Source of the DNA: Balanoglossus misakiensis
Taxonomy: Eukaryota; Animalia; Hemichordata
Reading direction: 5' to 3'
Length of the DNA: 64,000 bases
Assembly: GCA_040954595.2 (NCBI GenBank)
Contig: CM082592.2
Location: 10,669,917 to 10,733,916 of the forward strand
The notes under the pieces are model-generated. The model was not told the origin of the DNA. It did no database searches and saw nothing but the letters and a program-made list of their open reading frames with translations. The translations under genes were made by a program, and so were the position numbers. This document shows positions 50,926 through 64,000 of this stretch, one piece after another (the first letter of the stretch is position 1; the number at the start of each line of letters is the position of its first letter).

Positions 50926-53900
50926 GAGCTATAACCCATGATTTTTTTCAAAAAATGACCAAATTTTGAAAATTCGAAAAGTCGAAAAATCGTCGATTTT
51001 TGAACATTTTCCTGAGCTATAACCCATGGTTTTTTCAAAAAATGACCAAATTTTGAAAATTCGAAAAGTCGAAAAATCGTCGATTTTTGAACATTTTCCT
51101 GAGCTATAACCCATGGTTTTTTCAAAAAATGACCAAATTTTGAAAATTCGAAAAGTCGAAAAATCGTCGATTTTTGAACATTTTCCTGAGCTATAACCCA
51201 TGGTTTTTTCAAAAAATGACCAAATTTTGAAAATTCGAAAAGTCGAAAAATCGTCGATTTTTGAACATTTTCCTGGGCTATAACCCATGGTTTTTTCAAA
51301 AAATGACCAAATTTTGAAAATTCGAAAAGTCGAAAAATCGTCGATTTTTGAACATTTTCCTGGGCTATAACCCATGTTTTTTTCAAAAAATGACCAAATT
51401 TTGAAAAGTCGAAAAGTCGAAAAATCGTCGATTTTTGAACATTTTCCTGAGCTATAACCCATGGTTTTTTCAAAAAATGACCAAATTTTGAAAATTCGAA
51501 AAGTCGAAAAATCGTCGATTTTTGAACATTTTCCTGGGCTATAACCCATGGTTTTTTCAAAAAATGACCAAATTTTGAAAATTCGAAAAGTCGAAAAATC
51601 GTCGATTTTTGAACATTTTCCTGGGCTATAACCCATGTTTTTTTCAAAAAATGACCAAATTTTGAAAATTCGAAAAGTCGAAAAATCGTCGATTTTTGAA
51701 CATTTTCCTGGGCTATAACCCATGGTTTTTTCAAAAAATGACCAAATTTTGAAAATTCGAAAAGTCGAAAAATCGTCGATTTTTGAACATTTTCCTGGGC
51801 TATAACCCATGGTTTTTTCAAAAAATGACCAAATTTTGAAAATTCGAAAAGTCGAAAAATCGTCGATTTTTGAACATTTTCCTGGGCTATAACCCATGGT
51901 TTTTTCAAAAATTGACCAAATTTTGAAAATTCGAAAAGTCGAAAAATCGTCGATTTTTGAACATTTTCCTGGGCTATAACCCATGGTTTTCTCAAAAAAT
52001 GACCAAATATTGAAAATTCGAAAAGTCGAAAAATCGTCGATTTTTGAACATTTTCCTGGGCTATAAGCCATGGTTTTTTCAAAAAATGACCAAATTTTGA
52101 AAATTCGAAAAGTCGAAAAATCGTCGATTTTTGAACATTTTCCTGGGCTATAACCCATGGTTTTTTTAAAAAATGACCAAATTTTGAAAATTCGAAAAGT
52201 CGAAAAATCGTCGATTTTTGAACATTTTCCTGAGCTATAACCCATGGTTTTTTCAAAAAATGACCAAATTTTGAAAATTCGAAAAGTCGAACAATCGTCG
52301 ATTTTTGAACATTTTCCTGAGCTATAACCCATGGTTTTTTCAAAAAATGACCAAATTTTGAAAATTCGCAAAGTCGAAAAATCGTCGATTTTTGAACATT
52401 TTCCTGAGCTATAACCCATGGTTTTTTCAAAAGATGACCAAATTTTGAAAATTCGCAAAGTCGAAAAATCGTCGATTTTTGAACATTTTCCTGAGCTATA
52501 ACCCATGGTTTTTTCAAAAGATGACCAAATTTTGAAAATTCGCAAAGTCGAAAAATCGTCTATTTTTGAACATTTTCCTGAGCTATAACCCATGGTTTTT
52601 TCAAAAAATGACCAAATTTTGAAAATTCGCAAAGTCGAAAAATCGTCGATTTTTGAACATTTTCCTGAGCTATAACCCATGGTTTTTTCAAAAAATGACC
52701 AAATTTTGAAAATTCGCAAAGTCGAAAAATCGTCGATTTTTGAACATTTTCCTGAGCTATAACCCATGGTTTTTTCAAAAAATGACCAAATTTTGAAAAT
52801 TCGCAAAGTCGAAAAATCGTCGATTTTTGAACATTTTCCTGAACTATAACCCATGGTTTTTTCAAAAAATGACCAAATTTTGAAAATTCGCAAAGTCGAA
52901 AAATCGTCGATTTTTGAACATTTTCCTGAGCTATAACCCATGGTTTTTTCAAAAAATGACCAAATTTTGAAAATTCGCAAAGTCGAAAAATCGTCGATTT
53001 TTGAACATTTTCCTGAGCTATAACCCATGGATTTTTCAAAAAATGACCAAATTTTGAAAATTCGCAAAGTCGAAAAATCGTCGATTTTTGAACATTTTCC
53101 TGAGCTATAACCCATGGTTTTTTCAAAAAATGACCAAATTTTGAAAATTCGCAAAGTCGAAAAATCGTCGATTTTTGAACATTTTCCTGAGCTATAACCC
53201 ATGGTTTTTTCAAAAAATGACCAAATTTTGAATATTCGAAAAGTCGAAAAATCGTCGATTTTTGAACATTTTCCTGAGCTATAACCCATGGTTTTTTCAA
53301 AAAATGACCAAATTTTGAAAATTCGAAAAGTCGAAAAATCGTCGATTTTTGAACATTTTCCTGAGCTATAACCCATGGTTTTTTCAAAAAATGACCAAAT
53401 TTTGAAAATTCGAAAAGTCGAAAAATCGTCGATTTTTGAACATTTTCCTGAGCTATAACCCATGGTTTTTTCAAAAAATGACCAAATTTTGAAAATTCGA
53501 AAAGTCGAAAAATCGTCGATTTTTGAACATTTTCCTGAGCTATAACCCATGGTTTTTTCAAAAAATGACCAAATTTTGAAAATTCGAAAAGTCGAAAAAT
53601 CGTCGATTTTTGAACATTTTCCTGAGCTATAACCCATGGTTTTTTCAAAAAATGACCAAATTTTGAAAATTCGAAAAGTCGAAAAATCGTCGATTTTTGA
53701 ACATTTTCCTGAGCTATAACCCATGGTTTTTTCAAAAAATGACCAAATTTTGAAAATTCGAAAAGTCGAAAAATCGTCGATTTTTGAACATTTTCCTGAG
53801 CTATAACCCATGGTTTTTTCACAAAATGACCAAATTTTGAAAATTCGAAAAGTCGAAAAATCGTCGATTTTTGAACATTTTCCTGAGCTATAACCCATGG

Positions 53901-56900
53901 TTTTTTCACAAAATGACCAAATTTTGAAAATTCGAAAAGTCGAAAAATCGTCGATTTTTGAACATTTTCCTGAGCTATAACCCATGGTTTTTTCAAAAAA
54001 TGACCAAATTTTGAAAATTCGAAAAGTCGAAAAATCGTCGATTTTTGAACATTTTCCTGAGCTATAACCCATGGTTTTTTCAAAAAATGACCAAATTTTG
54101 AAAATTCGAAAAGTCGAAAAATCGTCGATTTTTGAACATTTTCCTGAGCTATAACCCATGGTTTTTTCAAAAAATGACCAAATTTTGAAAATTCGAAAAG
54201 TCGAAAAATCGTCGATTTTTGAACATTTTCCTGAGCTATAACCCATGTTTTTTTCAAAAAATGACCAAATTTTGAAAAGTCGAAAAGTCGAAAAATCGTC
54301 GATTTTTGAACATTTTCCTGAGCTATAACCCATGGTTTTTTCAAAAAATGACCAAATTTTGAAAATTCGAAAAGTCGAAAAATCGTCGATTTTTGAACAT
54401 TTTCCTGAGCTATAACCCATGGTTTTTTCAATAAATGACCAAATTTTGAAAATTCGAAAAGTCGAAAAATCGTCGATTTTTGAACATTTTCCTGAGCTAT
54501 AACCCATGGTTTTTTCAAAAAATGACCAAATTTTGAAAATTCGAAAAGTCGAAAAATCGTCGATTTTTGAACATTTTCCTGAGCTATAACCCATGGTTTT
54601 TTCAAAAAATGACAAAATTTTGAAAATTCGCAAAGTCGAAAAATCGTCGATTTTTGAACATTTTCCTGAGCTATAACCCATGGTTTTTTCAAAAAATGAC
54701 CAAATTTTGAAAATTCGAAAAGTCGAAAAATCGTCGATTTTTGAACATTTTCCTGAGCTATAACCCATGGTTTTTTCAAAAAATGACCAAATTTTGAAAA
54801 TTCGAAAATTCGAAAAATCGTCGATTTTTGAACATTTTCCTGAGCTATAACCCATGGTTTTTTCAAAAAATGACCAAATTTTGAAAATTCGAAAATTCGA
54901 AAAATCGTCGATTTTTGAACATTTTCCTGAGCTATAACCCATGGTTTTTTCAAAAAATGACCAAATTTTGAAAATTCGAAAAGTCGAAAAATCGTCGATT
55001 TTTGAACATTTTCCTGAGCTATAACCCATGGTTTTTTCAAAAAATGACCAAATTTTGAAAATTCGAAAAGTCGAAAAATCGTCGATTTTTGAACATTTTC
55101 CTGAGCTATAACCCATGGTTTTTTCACAAAATGACCAAATTTTGAAAATTCGAAAAGTCGAAAAATCGTCGATTTTTGAACATTTTCCTGAGCTATAACC
55201 CATGGTTTTTTCAAAAAATGACCAAATTTTGAAAATTCGAAAAGTCGAAAAATCGTCGATTTTTGAACATTTTCCTGAGCTATAACCCATGGTTTTTTCA
55301 AAAAATGACCAAATTTTGAAAATTCGAAAAGTCGAAAAATCGTCGATTTTTGAACATTTTCCTGAGCTATAACCCATGGTTTTTTCAAAAAATGACCAAA
55401 TTTTGAAAATTCGAAAAGTCGAAAAATCGTCGATTTTTGAACATTTTCCTGAGCTATAACCCATGTTTTTTTCAAAAAATGACCAAATTTTGAAAAGTCG
55501 AAAAGTCGAAAAATCGTCGATTTTTGAACATTTTCCTGAGCTATAACCCATGGTTTTTTCAAAAAATGACCAAATTTTGAAAATTCGAAAAGTCGAAAAA
55601 TCGTCGATTTTTGAACATTTTCCTGAGCTATAACCCATGGTTTTTTCAATAAATGACCAAATTTTGAAAATTCGAAAAGTCGAAAAATCGTCGATTTTTG
55701 AACATTTTCCTGAGCTATAACCCATGGTTTTTTCAAAAAATGACCAAATTTTGAAAATTCGAAAAGTCGAAAAATCGTCGATTTTTGAACATTTTCCTGA
55801 GCTATAACCCATGGTTTTTTCAAAAAATGACAAAATTTTGAAAATTCGCAAAGTCGAAAAATCGTCGATTTTTGAACATTTTCCTGAGCTATAACCCATG
55901 GTTTTTTCAAAAAATGACCAAATTTTGAAAATTCGAAAAGTCGAAAAATCGTCGATTTTTGAACATTTTCCTGAGCTATAACCCATGGTTTTTTCAAAAA
56001 ATGACCAAATTTTGAAAATTCGAAAATTCGAAAAATCGTCGATTTTTGAACATTTTCCTGAGCTATAACCCATGGTTTTTTCAAAAAATGACCAAATTTT
56101 GAAAATTCGAAAATTCGAAAAATCGTCGATTTTTGAACATTTTCCTGAGCTATAACCCATGGTTTTTTCAAAAAATGACCAAATTTTGAAAATTCGAAAA
56201 GTCGAAAAATCGTCGATTTTTGAACATTTTCCTGAGCTATAACCCATGGTTTTTTCAAAAAATGACCAAATTTTGAAAATTCGAAAAGTCGAAAAATCGT
56301 CGATTTTTGAACATTTTCCTGAGCTATAACCCATGGTTTTTTCAAAAAATGACCAAATTTTGAAAATTCGAAAAGTCGAAAAATCGTCGATTTTTGAACA
56401 TTTTCCTGAGCTATAACCCATGGTTTTTTCAAAAAATGACCAAATTTTGAAAATTCGAAAAGTCGAAAAATCGTCGATTTTTGAACATTTTCCTGAGCTA
56501 TAACCCATGGTTTTTTCACAAAATGACCAAATTTTGAAAATTCGAAAAGTCGAAAAATCGTCGATTTTTGAACATTTTCCTGAGCTATAACCCATGGTTT
56601 TTTCACAAAATGACCAAATTTTGAAAATTCGAAAAGTCAAAAAATCGTCGATTTTTGAACATTTTCCTGAGCTATAACCCATGGTTTTTTCAAAAAATGA
56701 CCAAATTTTGAAAATTCGAAAAGTCGAAAAATCGTCGATTTTTGAACATTTTCCTGAGCTATAACCCATGGTTTTTTCAAAAAATGACCAAATTTTGAAA
56801 ATTCGAAAAGTCGAAAAATCGTCGATTTTTGAACATTTTCCTGAGCTATAACCCATGGTTTTTTCACAAAATGACCAAATTTTGAAAATTCGAAAAGTCG

Positions 56901-59900
56901 AAAAATCGTCGATTTTTGAACATTTTCCTGAGCTATAACCCATGGTTTTTTCAAAAAATGACCAAATTTTGAAAATTCGAAAAGTCGAAAAATCGTCGAT
57001 TTTTGAACATTTTCCTGAGCTATAACCCATGGTTTTTTCAAAAAATGACCAAATTTTGAAAATTCGAAAAGTCGAAAAATCGTCGATTTTTGAACATTTT
57101 CCTGAGCTATAACCCATGGTTTTTTCAAAAAATGACCAAATTTTGAAAATTCGAAAAGTCGAAAAATCGTCGATTTTTGAACATTTTCCTGAGCTATAAC
57201 CCATGGTTTTTTCAAAAAATGACCAAATTTTGAAAATTCGAAAAGTCGAAAAATCGTCGATTTTTGAACATTTTCCTGAGCTATAACCCATGGTTTTTTC
57301 AAAAAATGACCAAATTTTGAAAATTCGAAAAGTCGAAAAATCGTCGATTTTTGAACATTTTCCTGAGCTATAACCCATGGTTTTTTCAAAAAATGACCAA
57401 ATTTTGAAAATTCGAAAAGTCGAAAAATCGTCGATTTTTGAACATTTTCCTGAGCTATAACCCATGGTTTTTTCAAAAAATGACCAAATTTTGAAAATTC
57501 GAAAAGTCGAAAAATCGTCGATTTTTGAACATTTTCCTGAGCTATAACCCATGGTTTTTTCAAAAAATGACCAAATTTTGAAAATTCGAAAAGTCGAAAA
57601 ATCGTCGATTTTTGAACATTTTCCTGAGCTATAACCCATGGTTTTTTCAAAAAATGACCAAATTTTGAAAATTCGAAAAGTCGAAAAATCGTCGATTTTT
57701 GAACATTTTCCTGAGCTATAACCCATGGTTATTTCAAAAAATGACCAAATTTTGAAAATTCGAAAAGTCGAAAAATCGTCGATTTTTGAACATTTTCCTG
57801 AGCTATAACCCATGGTTTTTTCAAAAAATGACCAAATTTTGAAAATTCGAAAAGTCGAAAAATCGTCGATTTTTGAACATTTTCCTGAGCTATAACCCAT
57901 GGTTTTTTCAAAAAATGACTTAATTTTGAAAATTCGAAAAGTCGAAAAATCGTCGATTTTTGAACATTTTCCTGAGCTATAACCCATGGTTTTTTCAAAA
58001 AATGACCAAATTTTGAAAATTCGAAAAGTCGAAAAATCGTCGATTTTTGAACATTTTCCTGAGCTATAACCCATGGTTTTTTCAAAAAATGACCAAATTT
58101 TGAAAATTCGAAAAGTCGAAAAATCGTCGATTTTTGAACATTTTCCTGAGCTATAACCCATGGTTTTTTCAAAAAATGACCAAATTTTGAAAATTCGAAA
58201 AGTCGAAAAATCGTCGATTTTTGAACATTTTCCTGAGCTATAACCCATGTTTTTTTCAAAAAATGACCAAATTTTGAAAATTCGAAAAGTCGAAAAATCG
58301 TCGATTTTTGAACATTTTCCTGAGCTATAACCCATGGTTTTTTCAAAAAATGACCAAATTTTGAAAATTCGAAAAGTCGAAAAATCGTCGATTTTTGAAC
58401 ATTTTCCTGAGCTATAACCCATGGTTTTTTCAAAAAATGACCAAATTTTGAAAATTCGAAAAGTCGAAAAATCGTCGATTTTTGAACATTTTCCTGAGCT
58501 ATAACCCATGGTTTTTTCAAAAAATGACCAAATTTTGAAAATTCGAAAAGTCGAAAAATCGTCGATTTTTGAACATTTTCCTGAGCTATAACCCATGGTT
58601 TTTTCAAAAAATGACCAAATTTTGAAAATTCGAAAAGTCGAAAAATCGTCGATTTTTGAACATTTTCCTGAGCTATAACCCATGGTTTTTTCAAAAAATG
58701 ACCAAATTTTGAAAATTCGAAAAGTCGAAAAATCGTCGATTTTTGAACATTTTCCTGAGCTATAACCCATGGTTTTTTCAAAAAATGACCAAATTTTGAA
58801 AATTCGAAAAGTCGAAAAATCGTCGATTTTTGAACATTTTCCTGAGCTATAACCCATGGTTTTTTCAAAAAATGACCAAATTTTGAAAATTCGAAAAGTC
58901 GAAAAATCGTCGATTTTTGAACATTTTCCTGAGCTATAACCCATGGTTTTTTCAAAAAATGACCAAATTTTGAAAATTCGAAAAGTCGAAAAATCGTCGA
59001 TTTTTGAACATTTTCCTGAGCTATAACCCATGGTTTTTTCAAAAAATGACCAAATTTTGAAAATTCGAAAAGTCGAAAAATCGTCGATTTTTGAACATTT
59101 TCCTGAGCTATAACCCATGGTTTTTTCAAAAAATGACCAAATTTTGAAAATTCGAAAAGTCGAAAAATCGTCGATTTTTGAACATTTTCCTGAGCTATAA
59201 CCCATGGTTTTTTCAAAAAATGACCAAATTTTGAAAATTCGAAAAGTCGAAAAATCGTCGATTTTTGAACATTTTCCTGAGCTATAACCCATGGTTTTTT
59301 CAAAAAATGACCAAATTTTGAAAATTCGAAAAGTCGAAAAATCGTCGATTTTTGAACATTTTCCTGAGCTATAACCCATGGTTTTTTCAAAAAATGACCA
59401 AATTTTGAAAATTCGAAAAGTCGAAAAATCGTCGATTTTTGAACATTTTCCTGAGCTATAACCCATGGTTTTTTCAAAAAATGACCAAATTTTGAAAATT
59501 CGAAAAGTCGAAAAATCGTCGATTTTTGAACATTTTCCTGAGCTATAACCCATGGTTTTTTCAAAAAATGACCAAATTTTGAAAATTCGAAAAGTCGAAA
59601 AATCGTCGATTTTTGAACATTTTCCTGAGCTATAACCCATGGTTTTTTCAAAAAATGACCAAATTTTGAAAATTCGAAAAGTCGAAAAATCGTCGATTTT
59701 TGAACATTTTCCTGAGCTATAACCCATGGTTTTTTCAAAAAATGACCAAATTTTGAAAATTCGAAAAGTCGAAAAATCGTCGATTTTTGAACATTTTCCT
59801 GAGCTATAACCCATGGTTTTTTCAAAAAATGACCAAATTTTGAAAATTCGAAAAGTCGAAAAATCGTCGATTTTTGAACATTTTCCTGAGCTATAACCCA

Positions 59901-62900
59901 TGGTTTTTCCAAAAAATGACCAAATTTTGAAAATTCGAAAAGTCGAAAAATCGTCGATTTTTGAACATTTTCCTGAGCTATAACCCATGGTTTTTTCAAA
60001 AAAATGACCAAATTTTGAAAATTCGAAAAGTCGAAAAATCGTCGATTTTTGAACATTTTCCTGAGCTATAACCCATGGTTTTTTCAAAAAAATGACCAAA
60101 TTTTGAAAATTCGAAAAGTCGAAAAATCGTCGATTTTTGAACATTTTCCTGAGCTATAACCCATGGTTTTTTCAAAAAATGACCAAATTTTGAAAATTCG
60201 AAAAGTCGTAAAAATCGTCGATTTTTGAACATTTTCCTGAGCTATAACCCATGGTTTTTTCAAAAAATGACCAAATTTTGAAAATTCGAAAAGTCGAAAA
60301 ATCGTCGATTTTTGAACATTTTCCTGAGCTATAACCCATGTTTTTTTTCAAAAAATGACCAAATTTTGAAAATTCGAAAAGTCGAAAAATCGTCGATTTT
60401 TGAACATTTTCCTGAGCTATAACCCATGGTTTTTTCAAAAAATGACCAAATTTTGAAAATTCGAAAAGTCGAAAAATCGTCGATTTTTGAACATTTTCCT
60501 GAGCTAAAACCCATGGTTTTTTCAAAAAATGACCAAATTTTGAAAATTCGAAAAGTCGAAAAATCGTCGATTTTTGAACATTTTCCTGAGCTATAACCCA
60601 TGTTTTTTTCAAAAAATGACCAAATTTTGAAAATTCGAAAAGTCGAAAAATCGTCGATTTTTGAACATTTTCCTGAGCTATAACCCATGGTTTTTTCAAA
60701 AAATGACCAAATTTTGAAAATTCGAAAAGTCGAAAAATCGTCGATTTTTGAACATTTTCCTGAGCTATAACCCATGGTTTTTTTCAAAAAATGACCAAAT
60801 TTTGAAAATTCGAAAAGTCGAAAAATCGTCGATTTTTGAACATTTTCCTGAGCTATAACCCATGGTTTTTTTCAAAAAATGACCAAATTTTGAAAATTCG
60901 AAAAGTCGAAAAATCGTCGATTTTTGAACATTTTCCTGAGCTATAACCCATGGTTTTTTCAAAAAATGACCAAATTTTGAAAATTCGAAAAGTCGAAAAA
61001 TCGTCGATTTTTGAACATTTTCCTGAGCTATAACCCATGTTTTTTTTCAAAAAATGACCAAATTTTGAAAATTCGAAAAGTCGAAAAATCGTCGATTTTT
61101 GAACATTTTCCTGAGCTATAACCCATGTTTTTTTTCAAAAAATGACCAAATTTTAAAAATTCGAAAAGTCGAGAAATCGTCGATTTTTGAACATTTTCCT
61201 GAGCTATAACCCATGTTTTTTTTCAAAAAATGACCAAATTTTGAAAATTCGAAAAGTCGAAAAATCGTCGATTTTTGAACATTTTCCTGAGCTATAACCC
61301 ATGGTTTTTTTCAAAAAATGACCAAATTTTGAAAATTCGAAAAGTCGAAAAATCGTCGATTTTTGAACATTTTCCTGAGCTATAACCCATGGTTTTTTTC
61401 AAAAAATGACCAAATTTTGAAAATTCGAAAAGTCGAAAAATCGTCGATTTTTGAACATTTTCCTGAGCTATAACCCATGGTTTTTTTCAAAAAATGACCA
61501 AATTTTGAAAATTCGAAAAGTCGAAAAATCGTCGATTTTTGAACATTTTCCTGAGCTATAACCCATGGTTTTTTCAAAAAATGACCAAATTTTGAAAATT
61601 CGAAAAGTCGAAAAATCGTCGATTTTTGAACATTTTCCTGAGCTATAATAACCCATGTTTTTTTTCAAAAAATGACCAAATTTTGAAAATTCGAAAAGTC
61701 GAAAAATCGTCGATTTTTGAACATTTTCCTGAGCTATAACCCATGTTTTTTTTCAAAAAATGACCAAATTTTGAAAATTCGAAAAGTCGAAAAATCGTCG
61801 ATTTTTGAACATTTTCCTGAGCTATAACCCATGGTTTTTTCAAAAAATGACCAAATTTTGAAAATTCGAAAAGTCGAAAAATCGTCGATTTTTGAACATT
61901 TTCCTGAGCTATAACCCATGGTTTTTTCAAAAAATGACCAAATTTTGAAAATTCGCAAAGTCGAAAAATCGTCGATTTTTGAACATTTTCCTGAGCTATA
62001 ACCCATGGTTTTTTTCAAAAAATGACCAAATTTTGAAAATTCGAAAAGTCGAAAAATCGTCGATTTTTGAGCATTTTCCTGAGCTATAACCCATGGTTTT
62101 TTTCAAAAAATGACCAAATTTTGAAAATTCGAAAAGTCGAAAAATCGTCGATTTTTGAGCATTTTCCTGAGCTATAACCCATGGTTTTTTTCAAAAAATG
62201 ACCAAATTTTGAAAATTCGAAAAGTCGAAAAATCGTCGATCGATTTTTGAGCATTTTCCTGAGCTATAACCCATGGTTTTTTCAAAAAATGACCAAATTT
62301 TGAAAATTCGAAAAGTCGAAAAATCGTCGATTTTTGAACATTTTCCTGAGCTATAACCCATGGTTTTTTCAAAAAATGACCAAATTTTGAAAATTCGAAA
62401 AGTCGAAAAATCGTCGATTTTTGAACATTTTCCTGAGCTATAACCCATGGTTTTTTCAAAAAATGACCAAATTTTGAAAATTCGAAAAGTCGAAAAATCG
62501 TCGATTTTTGAACATTTTCCTGAGCTATAACCCATGGTTTTTTCAAAAAATGACCAAATTTTGAAAATTCGAAAAGTCGAAAAATCGTCGATTTTTGAAC
62601 ATTTTCCTGAGCTATAACCCATGGTTTTTTCAAAAAATGACCAAATTTTGAAAATTCGAAAAGTCGAAAAATCGTCGATTTTTGAACATTTTCCTGAGCT
62701 ATAACCCATGGTTTTTTCAAAAAATGACCAAATTTTGAAAATTCGAAAAGTCGAAAAATCGTCGATTTTTGAACATTTTCCTGAGCTATAACCCATGGTT
62801 TTTTCAAAAAATGACCAAATTTTGAAAATTCGAAAAGTCGAAAAATCGTCGATTTTTGAACATTTTCCTGAGCTATAACCCATGGTTTTTTCAAAAAATG

Positions 62901-64000
62901 ACCAAATTTTGAAAATTCGAAAAGTCGAAAAATCGTCGATTTTTGAACATTTTCCTGAGCTATAACCCATGGTTTTTTCAAAAAATGACCAAATTTTGAA
63001 AATTCGAAAAGTCGAAAAATCGTCGATTTTTGAACATTTTCCTGAGCTATAACCCATGGTTTTTTCAAAAAATGACCAAATTTTGAAAATTCGAAAAGTC
63101 GAAAAATCGTCGATTTTTGAACATTTTCCTGAGCTATAACCCATGGTTTTTTCAAAAAATGACCAAATTTTGAAAAGTCGAAAAGTCGAAAAATCGTCGA
63201 TTTTTGAACATTTTCCTGAGCTATAACCCATGGTTTTTTCAAAAAATGACCAAATTTTGAAAATTCGAAAAGTCGAAAAATCGTCGATTTTTGAACATTT
63301 TCCTGAGCTATAACCCATGGTTTTTTCAAAAAATGACCAAATTTTGAAAATTCGAAAAGTCGAAAAATCGTCGATTTTTGAACATTTTCCTGAGCTATAA
63401 CCCATGGTTTTTTCAAAAAATGACCAAATTTTGAAAATTCGAAAAGTCGAAAAATCGTCGATTTTTGAACATTTTCCTGAGCTATAACCCATGGTTTTTT
63501 CAAAAAATGACCAAATTTTGAAAATTCGAAAAGTCGAAAAATCGTCGATTTTTGAACATTTTCCTGAGCTATAACCCATGGTTTTTTCAAAAAATGACCA
63601 AATTTTGAAAATTCGAAAAGTCGAAAAATCGTCGATTTTTGAACATTTTCCTGAGCTATAACCCATGGTTTTTTCAAAAAATGACCAAATTTTGAAAATT
63701 CGAAAAGTCGAAAAATCGTCGATTTTTGAACATTTTCCTGAGCTATAACCCATGGTTTTTTCAAAAAATGACCAAATTTTGAAAATTCGAAAAGTCGAAA
63801 AATCGTCGATTTTTGAACATTTTCCTGAGCTATAACCCATGGTTTTTTCAAAAAATGACCAAATTTTGAAAATTCGAAAAGTCGAAAAATCGTCGATTTT
63901 TGAACATTTTCCTGAGCTATAACCCATGGTTTTTTCAAAAAATGACCAAATTTTGAAAATTCGAAAAGTCGAAAAATCGTCGATTTTTGAACATTTTCCT
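50926..64000. repeat. 87-bp AT-rich satellite array, about 150 near-identical monomers, continuing past the window end
   Basis: Consensus GAGCTATAACCCATGGTTTTTTCAAAAAATGACCAAATTTTGAAAATTCGAAAAGTCGAAAAATCGTCGATTTTTGAACATTTTCCT, repeated head-to-tail. Confidence 0.99.

Noticed and set aside
50970-50995. CENP-B box in the satellite (TTCGAAAAGTCG...)
   Set aside because: The spacing and the CGGG of TTCGnnnnAnnCGGG are not matched.
50922-63938. Giant minus-strand ORFs (up to 3071 aa) of 29-aa repeats
   Set aside because: The 87-bp unit is a multiple of 3 and has no stop in two minus frames. Both frames are open, copies show no synonymous bias, and frameshifts occur freely at 60-62 kb. This is a satellite artefact.

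Overview
Intron-rich animal genomic DNA, probably from an invertebrate bilaterian (deuterostome-like NCoR; taxon is inference). From left to right it holds: the 5' part of MKS1 (-); a 209-bp x8 tandem array and an (ATC)n microsatellite; a complete ~29-coding-exon NCoR/SMRT gene (+); SBDS (-); an intact 8-exon gene encoding only a clathrin heavy-chain terminal domain plus linker, ending in a PDZ-type tail (+); a convergent two-exon orphan gene with an N-myristoylation/palmitoylation start and a C-terminal clathrin-box motif (-); a PIF/Harbinger-type MITE; DPH1 (+); ~6 kb with no recognisable gene; and >13 kb of an 87-bp satellite with diverged edge monomers and a 14-monomer duplication. The best candidate for an undescribed system is the stand-alone clathrin propeller gene together with its clathrin-box-bearing neighbour. 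Exon coordinates were derived by hand from GT-AG sites and reading-frame continuity. Homology calls rest on recalled human sequences, not database searches.
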